Origin: Leucoraja ocellata
Taxonomy: Eukaryota
Length of the DNA stretch: 64,000 nucleotides
Reading direction: 5' to 3'
NCBI GenBank assembly: GCA_036785375.1
Contig: JAWMAR010000502.1
Coordinates: 1,116,001-1,180,000, forward strand
Shown here: positions 1 through 10,559 of the stretch, piece by piece
How the letters are laid out: each line of letters starts with the position of its first letter
Position numbering within the stretch: the stretch's first letter is position 1
Notes under the pieces: generated by a model
Database searches by the model: none
Seen by the model: the letters and a program-made list of their open reading frames with translations, nothing else
What the model was told of the DNA's origin: nothing
Position numbers and translations under genes: made by a program

Positions 1-199
1 CAGCAGAGTTAGGGTTAGGGCAACGATAATCCCCATTACTTAAAATTCAGTTCACTGACCATCTGAATGATAATAATGCAGACATTGATTTCATAAAGCC
101 TGTTTTACTTTCAGTAGATGTTACTTTGGAGCCACAGTTGAATAGTGCAATGTCAGTCTTGAAGAAATAACTCTTATAACTCAAATAACTTTGTTCTAC

Positions 200-700
200 T
201 GTAGCAGCGCCTGCTGGTGCACGCAGGTATCGAACCTGGCGTTCGGAAGCCCCGGTCACGTGACTCAGGAGGGGCTGCTGTTTTCCGCTCGGTTTTGCTT
301 TCGCGCGGCAGTTGAGTGCTGACCACCATTGTGGCCAGACGTGTTGTAAGAACCTGTGAGCTAAGAAGCTATTTTCAGAATAAAATAAGTTACAAAACCG
401 CCAAACTACTTCCTTTGCTAAACAGCAAAAATAAGTGCACAATTTCCAAGATAGACTTTAGATTCACACAGGAGAGAGCGTGTGCGTGTGCGTGTGCGTG
501 TGCGTGTGCGGGCGGTCACGGTCAGGCTCTGAGCACACTTCCCCTGCTTTTGGAAGCGCTCGAAAGGTTGAGGTCAACTAGGGGAAGCAAGTGATGCAGA
601 CCTCAGCGCACAGAAGCAAATGGCGGCTGTGGGAAGCGATTGATGGGGCGCCTTCAGTGGTCGCAGGTTGAGGTGTCGATGGATTAGGAATCTCATTGCT
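200..700. promoter_or_regulatory. CpG-rich promoter-like region with CLEAR/E-box, AP-1, ETS and YY1-like motifs
   Basis: CpG-dense segment that matches no repeat I recognise. It has GTCACGTGAC at 255-264 overlapping TGACTCA at 261-267, CGGAAG at 244-249 and AAATGGCGGC near 618. The associated gene cannot be identified in the window. Confidence 0.55.
478..510 (+). repeat. (GCGTGT)n alternating purine-pyrimidine microsatellite
   Basis: Direct reading, about 5.5 units. Confidence 0.9.
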
Positions 701-1231
701 CCATTTCAGGACATATAACAATAAGACGCTCCAGTCTATTGATCAACTCACTGCTTTTCCAGAGAAATTCCCATGATTTTATTGGAAGAATTTCTAGCAG
801 TTTCTGTTCTAAATTTTGCATTTGCTTTTTAAAGACTCTTTGCTGTAATGTTAGCTGTAACATGATCTATTATTGGCCTGTCATCCAGTTACATTTTGTA
901 TTACAACAGCTTGTGGATCCTTATAGAACATGGGCCAAGTGTTATCCAGAGAACTACAGCTAGTTCAAGAAGGGGGAAAAATTACCAAGATGGGATTCCA
1001 GGCATGCTTTGCTTGGTCACAGCCTGGTGCATGCAATGTTGTTACAGAGGGAGACTGACCATCAGCACAGATTTCGATCTCCCACTAGCTACATTTCGGT
1101 GAGAAATTTCACTATTTTCATTGAAAGAGGTTGCTGCTGTTTCTACCAGAACTGTGAGCTGTGCAGATGTGCTGTCCTCACTAGAGAAGAATGGGACCCC
1201 AGTGGATGGGCACAATGGAGGAAATGTGTTA

Positions 1232-1595
1232 AATGTCCTGGGTCTTCTCCAATTCCAGAGTGAGACTGCATGCAAACTGGAGGAACAGCACCTTACATTA
1301 CACTTGAGTAACTTACAACCCAATCGTAAGAACATTGACATTAGACAGAAAATGCAGGGGTAACTCAGTGGGTCAGGCAATAACTCCGGAGAAAAGGAAT
1401 AGGTGATGTTTCGGATTGGAACCCTTCTTCAGACTGAACATTGAATTCTCTAATTTTAGGTTTCTAACAAACTCCCCTCCCACTTCTTCTCCTAGCTCCC
1501 TCCACTTTCTGTACCCCCCCTCTCCCCCATACCCCACCTGGACGCACCTATTTCTTCCCTCTCCCATTCCTTCCTATCACTTCACAATTTCTGTG
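1232..1595 (+). mobile_element. Old Penelope-like element 3' fragment (end of GIY-YIG plus pyrimidine tract), interrupted at 1339-1435
   Basis: Encodes VLGLLQFQSETACKLEEQHL, homologous to the GIY-YIG C-terminus at 6225-6965. Confidence 0.8.
1339..1435 (-). mobile_element. 97-bp hammerhead-headed PLE terminal fragment with 9-bp TSD
   Basis: TSD GAACATTGA at 1330-1338 and 1436-1444. Minus strand starts AGTCTGAAGAAGGGTTCCAATCCGAAACATCACC. Confidence 0.8.
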
Positions 1596-1602
1596 AATTT
1601 AG

Positions 1603-1735
1603 CTCCTGGAGAAAACCCACACAGGTCATGGGGAGAACGTATAAACTCCATACAGACAGCACACGTAGTCAGGATCAAACCCGGATCTCCGACGCTATAA
1701 GGCAGCAACTCTACCAATCCGCCACTGTGCCACCC
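1603..1735 (-). mobile_element. HE1-like tRNA-derived SINE (5' part)
   Basis: Minus strand has an A-box-like GGCACAGTGGCGG..GGTAGAG and a B-box-like GGTTTGATCC; it matches the other copies in the window. Confidence 0.8.
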
Positions 1736-3641
1736 ATTTCTTTACACAAAAGCTTTCAATGCCCAATATGGCATCACAATATTCAATATTCTTATTGACA
1801 TGGGTGTCGAAAACATTTGACGTTCATGCATTAAATTTGTTTGTTTGACTTTATTCAGCACGTTCTCCATGTTAGTTCAAGTCTCCTCCTGCTTGAAGAT
1901 TGGGGCAGATGTTCAGGAGTAACACTTCAGTGCAGAGTTAGTGCTATTTCTTTGGAGGTTCTGAATTTCATAGATTTCATAAATCAGGAAGTCAATAAAG
2001 TGTACCAAAACTAAACCAACCCTAAGGCAAGTATCTTTCTCTGCGCCCTTAATTCTTTGTTGAATTGTGATGTGTATGCCTCTGCTGCCAATCCCATTTA
2101 CAAACTAACAATGACAGAGGCCCAGATTCAATATTCAATTATTTGCTGTGAAACGTTCTTAAGATGTCCTGAGGACATGTTAAGGAACGTCATACAATAA
2201 ACAACCTCATTCATTCTGTAGTTCTTTACCACTGAGGGGTCCCGTGTAGAATTGCCAACATGAAATGCATTATTGTTACAATTCTGCTCAAGGTTCCAGA
2301 TAATAATGATTTTAACTGTGTATGATTCACGCAGGAATTTACAGACAAAAGCCTTCAATGTCTATAAATAGACCATCCATCAATTTCCATATGAATGTTA
2401 AAATCTTTCATTCTTTTTCTGTTGGGAATTTCACCTGACAAATATACTTATTAATGAGTAATGTATGTATTTCAAGCTCTTTGTGGTAATTCTACAACTC
2501 TATTTTAGAACATTCAAATCTGGAAGAGGTGATTGCATTTAAAAAAAACATTACAAAGTAACAATGTTATACTTCAACTAAAAGACTAAAAAAAGAAATA
2601 GATTATTCATTGAATTAAAAAAAAATCAGTTTGCCTTTGAAAGAATATTCCATGAAAATCTTGTGCATTTCTCCAGTTATAAGCTGCCCTATAACTGTCA
2701 TCCAAATACAGCAAAACTGCTTGGAAGGTAGATATGAAATCTGAGGGAACAAAATGTGCATTGAGTTGGATCTAAAACGTGTAACGGAGAGGTGAGAATG
2801 GAGTGACATGGAGAAGTATTGTTGAATGATCTGAATCACTGGATTGTGTCTTGGGACAGGACGGAAGTGTTTCACAAATTGATCACCTCATCTATGTTTC
2901 ATCTTCCCTGTGCAATGGAGATTAGAATGAGAGCAAGGTGGAAGATACTCTCAAGTGACAGAAGTATAACTAACATTACTTCATACGTAAAGATTGTTTG
3001 AAGCCTTCAACAGTTGAAAAGGAAGCAAAAGAACAAGTTCTGTGGCTCCTGAAATTGCATTAGAAGGGGAGGGTTAGATGTTAGTGTGACTGGCCGAGGT
3101 ACACATGATGGAAATGCTCAATTTGTAACAGTGGAAGAGCAGAAAAGGGTAGATTGTAGACAGATGGCCACAACAAGATGGATCAGGCACAGACAAGGAG
3201 CCAATTGGTGGGGGGCAGGTGGAGGACGAGGGTAGAGTCATAGAATGATACAGTGTGGAAACAGGCCCTTTGGTCCAACTTGTCCACATTGGACAACATG
3301 TCCCTGTTACACTAGTCGCACCTGCCTGCATTTGGTCCATATCCTGCCAAACCTGTCCTATCCATGTACATGTCTAGCTGTTTCTTAAACGCTGGGATAG
3401 TCCCAGCCTCAACTACTACCTCAGGCAGCTTGTTCCATACACCCATCACCCTTCGTGTGAATAAAATACCCCTCAGATGCCAATTAAATTTTTACCGCTT
3501 CACCTTAAACCTCTAGTCCCCGATTCACCTACTCTGGGCAAGAAACTCTGTGCATCTACCCGATCTATTCCTCTCATGGTTTTATACACCTCTATAAGAA
3601 CACCCCTCGTCCCCCTGCGCTCCAGGAAATAATGTCCCAGC

Positions 3642-5035
3642 CAGGCACGTGCCGTCAGGGTGGGCAAGGTAGGCACTGCCTGCCCTGACTAAAATTATAA
3701 CATGGTAATTACTAAATATAAATAGTAAAGGCATTGGAGAATTATGCCTATGTAAGAGATCGATCTCAGGTAGGCATAATTCTCTGTGCCTTTCATCCGC
3801 AGCACTTGTAACCCTTGAAGGTCCGTGCAGCCCATGTGCCGTCGGCGCTGCTTCAAGCCATCAATTTTAAGCGGGGCTGAAGGCAGCTGAAGTTCTGCCT
3901 TTGCTGTACTGTGCATGCGCAGCAGCTTACTGTGCATGCGCAGCGCGAGTTTCTTGGCGGGGCTTTCAAATATTGATTGTCATTATTTTAAGTGTATCTT
4001 AGGAAACAAAGCGAGAAGAATGGAGTTTGTGTACCTATAATGTGGTAAGTACATTTCTTGGTGCTTTATGTTTTTAAATACCATATTTCCCGGGGTGTGC
4101 GGGTGGGGGAAGAGCTCCTTTCACAGCGTTTGGGGAGTCTGGCCCGGGGTAGAGTTGCGGGGAGGGCAGGAGCTTTGTGAAGGAGGGGATCGGGATCATG
4201 CCACTTGCGACGCTCCTTGCACGGAGGCGTGTAATCCCACCGCATTGAGGCTGGTGGGGGAGAAGCAGCTTGGGTGGCCGCTGGGCCGGTCAGCGGAACC
4301 GGCCGCCACCTCAGCGCCTTCTGCCGGTCCCCGCTCACCTCTGGCAGCTCTCCATCTAAAAACCTCTCTCCTGCCTCACTCATGTCAGCCGCTTCCCACA
4401 AATCCTTAAATTCCGACAGCACGATTGAGGTTACTTGGCTGTGGGAATTTAAGGATTTGCGGGAAGTGGCTGATATGAAGTCGGCGAGCGGCGGTTGAGA
4501 GAGCACTGCCAGAGGTGAGCGGGCCGGCAGAAGGCGTTGAAGTGGCGGCCAGTTCTGCTGTCGCGTCCTGGCGGCAGCTCGCAGCTCCCCGAGCTGCTTC
4601 TATCCCCGGCTACAACGTGGTTGCTCCACGCCTGGAAGCGCCGCAGCAGCGGTGCGTGAGTGAGTTACTGGCATTATCCCCGACCCCCTCTTTCTCAACA
4701 CTCCTGCCCTCCCCGCAACTTTACCCCTGATCAGACTCCCCATACGCTGTGAAAGGAACCCTCCCCCCAATTGGTCCCTTGACCAAGTGTTGTCATTCAA
4801 TAAGATGACAACTGATTCAACTTTTCCCTGTGCTCGTGTATTTCCCCACCATCTCTCCACCTGCCATCACCCTTCATCCCCACCCATTCAGTAATTCAGA
4901 ATAAAGGAGAACAGGAAGCCTTGGGCAAATTGAATTGTTACTGTTTTTATTTGTATTTTTTATTTTTACGGAGAGAACAATTTTTAAAAGCTGACTGACT
5001 GCCTCCCCTGAGTAATCACTCACGGCACGTGCCTG
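3642..5035. mobile_element. Non-autonomous hAT-type DNA transposon, about 1.4 kb
   Basis: 14-bp terminal inverted repeats (TIRs) CAGGCACGTGCCGT / ACGGCACGTGCCTG. 8-bp TSD GTCCCAGC (3634-3641) / GCCCCAGC (5036-5043). No transposase ORF. Confidence 0.85.
4105..4768. repeat. Long imperfect inverted repeat (fold-back), centre about 4425
   Basis: Arms pair blockwise, e.g. TCAGCCGCTTCCCACAAATCCTTAAATTCC with GGAATTTAAGGATTTGCGGGAAGTGGCTGA, and 4291-4352 with 4499-4560. Confidence 0.9.
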
Positions 5036-5299
5036 GCCCCAGCCTACTCAACCTCTGCCTATAGCTCAGATCCTCTAGTCCTGGCAACATCCTCGCAAAG
5101 GCTGTTAGGAAGGTGATGTGGATGCAGATAAGGGAATGATGATGTGGTGATGGAACCAGATTGGGAGGTAAACAAAACTGGGTAAAGGGGGCTGGGGTGG
5201 GGTTTGGAAAAACGGATAAGGGGAACCTCGGTGGTTCAGAAAGAGAGAGAAAAGAACACACAGGCAACTTATCCTGAACCAACCATTTCGAAGCAATAG

Positions 5300-5890
5300 C
5301 CAAGAATACACACCAATGCCTCCACTTCCCGAGAAGGCTTTGGAAGTACGACATGTCCCCAATAACTCTCCCCAACCTCTATAGATATGCCGCAGACAGC
5401 ATTTTATCGGTGTTCATCACAGCTTCGTTTGGGAAATGCTCCATCCAAGACCACAAGAAATTGCAGAGAACGCAAACCAACCTCTCTTCCATCTACACTT
5501 CATGCTGCTTCAGCAAGGCCACCAGCAAGGACAAGCCTCGTCCCAATCACTCCATCTGCTCCCCTCTTCCATCAGGCAAGAGTTACAGAAATCTGAAAAT
5601 CTCCAGATTCAGGGACATTTTCCTCCCAGCTGTTATCAGGCAACTGAACCATACTATCACCAACTAGAGAACAATCCTGGCCTACCATCTACCTCATTAG
5701 AGACCCTCGGATTAACCGTAATCAGAATTTACTGGACTTTATCTTGCACTAAACGTTATTCCCTTTATCTTGTATTTATACTGTGGATGGCTTGATTGTA
5801 ATTATGTACAGTCTTTCCGCTGGCTGGATGTCACCCAATAAAGAGCTTTGCACTGTGCCTCAATACATGTGACTATAAACTAAACTTATA
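5300..5890 (+). mobile_element. Rex1/Babar LINE 3' fragment (degenerate)
   Basis: LPNLYRYAADSILS...PLPSGKSYRNLK...FLPAVIRQLN, followed by a 3' stem and (CTAAA)-type tail. Confidence 0.8.
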
Positions 5891-6017
5891 AACCTGAACT
5901 TGGAAAATGTAATGTTCATATAATTGGGTTGTAGACCACCCAGGCAGAATGTGAGGTTTTGTTCCTCTAGTTTGTATTTGGCCTCACCCTAGCAATGAAG
6001 ACTGAAGACAGATAGGT

Positions 6018-7083
6018 TACACAGAAAAGCTGGAGAAACTCAGCGGGTGCAGCAGCATCTATGGAGCGAAGGAAATAGGCAACGTTTCGGGCCGAAACCC
6101 TTCTTCAGACTGATCAGGGGTGGGGGTGGGTGGGGACAAGAAAGGGAAAAGGAGGAGTAGCCGGAAGGCTGGAGGGTGGGAGGAGACAGCAGGGGAGCTG
6201 AGGAAGGGGAGGAGACAGCAAGGACTAACAGAATTGGGAGAAGTCGATGTTCATGCCCCCGGGGTGCAGACTCCCCAAACGGAATATGAGGTGCTGTTCC
6301 TCCAATTTCCGGTGCTGCTCGCTGTGGCCATGGAGGAGACCCAGGACAGAGAGGTCAGAGGCGGAGTGGGAGGGGGAGTTGAAGTGCTGAGCCACCGGGA
6401 GGTCAGCTAGGTTATTGCGGACCGAGCGGAGGTGTTCGGCGAAACGATCGCCCAACCTCCGCTTGGTCTCACCGATATAGATCTGCTGACATCTAGAGCA
6501 GCGGACGCAATAGATGAGGTTGGAAGAGATGCAGGTAAACCTCTGTCGCACCTGGAACGATTGCTTGGGTCCCTGAAAGGAGTTGAGGGGGGAGGTAAAG
6601 GGACAAGTGTTGCATCTGCTGCGGCCGCAAGGGAAAGTGCCCGGGGAGGGGGTGGACCGAGAGGGAAGGGAAGAATTGACAAGGGAGTTATGGAGGGAGC
6701 GGTCTTTGCGGAAGGCAGATATGGGGGGAGATGGGAAGATGTGGCTAGTAGTGGGGTCACGTTGGAGGTGGCGAAACTGACGGAGGATTATTTTTTGTAT
6801 GTGATGGCTGGTGGGGTGAAAGGTGAGGACTAGGGGGACTCGGCCCTTGTTGCGAGTGCGGGGATGGGGAGAGAGAGCAGTGTTGCGGGGTATGGAAGAG
6901 ACCCTGGTGCGAGCCTCATTTATGGTGGAGGAGGGGAACCCCCGTTCCCTGAATAGTGAGGACATTTCAGATGTCCTGGTGTGGAACGCCTCATCCGTGG
7001 AGCAGATGCGACGTAGACGGAGGAATTGGGAGTAGGGGATGGAGTCCTTACAGGAAGCAGGGTGGGAAGAAGTGTAGTCCAGA
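6018..7083 (-). mobile_element. Young 5'-truncated Neptune-type Penelope-like retroelement (RT thumb, Cys linker, GIY-YIG endonuclease, terminal repeat)
   Basis: ORF 6225-6965 has a CGRSRCNTC linker and LIYCVRCSRCQQIYIGET...RFAEH...AQHF...EEQHLI. 15-bp TSD TGAAGACAGATAGGT at 6003-6017 and 7084-7098. Confidence 0.92.
6077..6112 (-). ncRNA. Minimal type I hammerhead ribozyme motif in the PLE terminal repeat
   Basis: CAGT-CTGAAGA-A-GGGT(TTCG)GCCC-GAAA-CG-TT-GCC: CUGANGA and GAAA core boxes, stem II with a UUCG loop, palindromic AACGTT in place of stem III. Activity not shown. Confidence 0.72.
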
Positions 7084-8004
7084 TGAAGACAGATAGGTCA
7101 GTATGGGAATGGGAAGTGGATTGGAAAAGGCGTGCAACCAGGAAGTCAGGATGGCCACTGCGGACAGAGTACAGGTGTTCCATAAAATAGTCACTAATAG
7201 TTGATTGGTCAAGCTGATGTAGAGAGCACTGAATGCAGGAGATAAAATTAAAGGAGGTGCATTTGAACCTTCGCCTGACCTGGTTGGCTCCCTGGTTGGT
7301 GGAGAGGGTGGAGATATAGAGACCCCCCGTTATTAAAATTGTAGATATTGTAATCTTATTATGTAACATATATGGTGATGTGATTTTAATTTTGATAATC
7401 TTTGTATTAAACTGTATTAAAGATTATTTCAGTACATAACTTTGAAAGTGTCCTACTTTTCTGCTAAATAATGGACAAATTATTGAAAAATATTATCAAA
7501 GCTGATCCGATTGAAAAAGCGCTTTCACTAGAATCAAGAGGTTTAGTTCCTTGTGAAATGGCTCAATCAAGGCACAATACTCCCGTTGTTATGCTGATTA
7601 AACCACTCACAACATAGCGCACCAGTTGGAAAAAATTTACACAACAAGATCACTCGGTCAATTGAATCACTTGAGAATGGCTTTCCACGATAGTCTACAT
7701 GGAATAAATTCTCAATAACTCATCATTTGAGACCCAGGGGCATCAAATGAATATGCAAATATTCCAAGATAAAAAGTTATATGACAGTTTTGAACGTTCA
7801 TTTAGGTTCCGAAGAAAACTAAAATACACTAAAGATTTGATCACATGTTAAAAAAGTAGAGATCTTGGCAATCTCTGTTAATGCTGTCATCTCTTTGAAT
7901 GTAATAGGATGCTCGCCCAATTATATTTTTGATAACAGCGACACCTTGCATTTATATATGTTAAATATCAGACATTATCCCAAGATTCACATGGGCCATG
8001 TTAG

Positions 8005-8790
8005 TAAGAACAGAGTACAGGAAGGAGATAGAGCGAGCTTAGTAACATGGTGCCAAGTCATCAACCTCTCCTTCAATATGAAGGAACTTATAGTAAAGAG
8101 TGCAGTGTGGTGTACTTACTGGAATTTACTTCAAAAATGGTCAAGGGCTACAGGTTTCTAGACGCAAATATCATTAACAATTTGTTCCGGTCACAAGTAT
8201 GCACTAATGTTTCTACTTCCTCAGAAAACTATGAAAATTTGGATGGTCTCAAATGATTCTTACATAATACACCACAAAAACAGATACACCACAAAAAACA
8301 TCCTATCAGGATGCTTTGCAGCTTGGTTTGGCAACTGTGTTGTGCAAAACTGCAATAAAGTGCAGGGCGTTGTGGACACAGCCCAGTATATCATGCAAAC
8401 CAGCCTCCTCCCCACCCCATCAACTCCATCTATACCATGCTACCTCGGAAAATTAGTAAACGTATTCAGGAATCACTCATTCGGATCATTTCCACTCCCA
8501 ACAGGCAGGAGGTATAAATGCTTGAAAGTAAGTACCACCAGATTCAGCTTTTTCCTTGCAGTTATCAGACTCTTGTTTGAATCTCTATCAAGAAAATGAA
8601 TGTATTTCCAATCGTCCAATCTACTTCATTGCACCCCTTTAACATAATTTATCTACACTTTCTCTGTAGCTGATCAAATATATTTTGTACTCTAATTCCT
8701 TTCTCTTTTTTCGCTACCTGCTGTGTACATTCAGGTATATTTTTAACCATGCATGAATGATTTTCCTGTATAGAGCACAAAACAAAGGGA
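8005..8790 (+). mobile_element. Highly decayed Rex1/Babar LINE
   Basis: SLVTWCQVINLSFN..KELIV and NILSGCFAAWFGN...PTGRRYKCLK. Confidence 0.75.
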
Positions 8791-8976
8791 TCAAGGATGA
8801 TTTATTCCACCTTTTGCTCCAAAGATTCAGAGAAGACTGATGAGGCCAAAGAGGGAACCACAGTCTCTGCCAGAAATGAGGCTGTGGATGCTTGATGGAG
8901 CAGGTGGATCAGGAGCTGGGAAGGTCATGTGTTTTTTCCAGCATTTACATTGAGCATTCATGTGCTTCTAACAAAT

Positions 8977-9705
8977 TAGATTAGATTAGATTCCTTTATT
9001 GTCATTCAGACCTTTCGTTGCCTGCAGTCATACATCTAATAATAAATAACAAAACATACAATAAACACAAATTAACATCCACCACAGTGAGTTCACCAGG
9101 CACCTCCTCACTGTGATGGAGGCAAAAGTCTTAGTCTCTGTCTCTTCCCTCCTTGTACTCCCTCTGCGCTGAGTCGGATCCAGGCCAAAGATGCCGTCCT
9201 CCAGTCCAGCGGACCTCCGAAGTGATGCCGCTGCCACCTCAGCTCCGAGTTGGGCCGCTGCCGAAAGCTGGAACGCTGCCTCAGCTAGGCGGGCTCCACC
9301 GCCTCAGCTCCGAGTCGGGCCGCTGCCGAAAGGTGGAACGCCGCCTCAGCTAGGCGGGCCGCCGCCACCTCAGCTCCGAGTCACGCAGCCTCAACTCCGA
9401 GTCGGGCCACCGCCGCATCAGCCCCGAAGTCGGCCAGCCTAGTCCTGGCTGGCTCTGACTATGGAGCCACGAGGTCGGTCGCAGTTGGAAACCGCCAGCT
9501 CCGCCATTAGGCCTTAGCGCAGATGGAGGCAGAGAAGGCGGATATGGAAAGAAAAAGTTGCATTTCCCCCACCCCACCCCACACACATAACACAACCTAA
9601 TAAACTAAAATTTAACTAAAACAAGACAAAAAAACAACAACAAAAAAGTAAAAACAGACGGACTGCAGGCGAGCCGCAGCTGATCAACAGCGGCGTCACT
9701 TACGG
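8977..9705 (-). mobile_element. GC-rich non-tRNA retroposon, copy A (hairpin family, TGACAATAAA tail)
   Basis: TSD ACAAAT at 8971-8976 and 9706-9711. 5' motif GCGGCTCGCCTGCAGTCCGT is shared with copy B; hairpin at 9078-9120; (TCTAA)n tail; internal CCTCAGCTCCGAGTCGGGCC repeats. Confidence 0.8.
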
Positions 9706-10089
9706 ACAAATACATTTCAGGTTGTTAGAACCATATGAATGTTCCTTCAAAATTTTCAGCTGCCTAGGGATTCCCAAAAATAGGTGAGGCACCTTATCAA
9801 TGAGGCTTTCAGAACATTTTTGAATTGTTTTCTCTGTCCATGTGGTAATCACTTGCCATGACAGTCTGCAGATTAAACTTTTGGGTCACACGTTTGTGAG
9901 CAAAGTGGCCACCTACTGGAGCCAAAAATGAAGTACAAATGGGGCATCATTGCTGGGGATGATCTGGGAGAGAACGCTGAGATTAGCAGCCGTCATTCTC
10001 TCCTTTGCTTTTCTATGCACTGCTCTCTCATTTCTTTTTGATTTATTGAACATACCATCACTGGAGACATCCCTCTTCTCCTTCTAATT

Positions 10090-10440
10090 TGCGCAAAGCC
10101 CTGCCATAGTCTACTTACCTGATTCGCCAGGACATTGCTCCCAGCATGATTCACCTTAAGTCCCTCCCAATTGAACAGCTCAATCCATCCCGGTACTGAT
10201 GCCAGTGCCTCATGAATCAGCAAACTTTAAAACACTTGCTTATCTTCCTAATCTTATTTACTCTTTGCCAATTTCTGCATGATAATCCAGATATTATCAC
10301 CCTTGTGATTCTGCTTTTCAGTTTAGCCCCAAACCGCTCTTAATCCTTCCAAAGAACCTCCTTCTGAGTGCAACCTATGTTGTTAATACCTTGGACCATG
10401 CAACTGGGTCCATCTAACCCAGGCACCGGGAAAGCAACAC
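10090..10440 (-). mobile_element. CR1 ORF1 (SGNH esterase-like) remnant
   Basis: LFNWEGLKVNHAGSNVLAN resembles the DGLHLN motif of CR1 ORF1. Confidence 0.55.
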
Positions 10441-10559
10441 AACCTTTGGGACTGTTTGTCTTTATTACAGAACAATGTTGAATATCCCATTAATGCTATC
10501 CCCTCTAACCACCACATTTCTTTTCTCTCCACCCACTTGAATTGCCCTCAATACCAGTT

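Larger units (their letters stand above)
3235..5097 (-). mobile_element. CR1 LINE 3' fragment (3235-3641 and 5044-5097) split by a hAT insertion
   Basis: CR1 3' UTR and RT C-terminal sequence (FARMLPGLEDLSYRQRLSRLG) continues across the insertion. Confidence 0.8.
5895..7330 (-). mobile_element. Older PLE GIY-YIG remnant hosting a younger PLE
   Basis: QVRRRFKCTSFNFISCIQCS...EHLYSVR...HSHTDLSV on the 7084-7330 side, continuing at 5895-6017. Confidence 0.7.

Noticed and set aside
9-20. TTAGGGTTAGGG telomeric motif
   Set aside because: Only two units, which is not enough to call an interstitial telomere.
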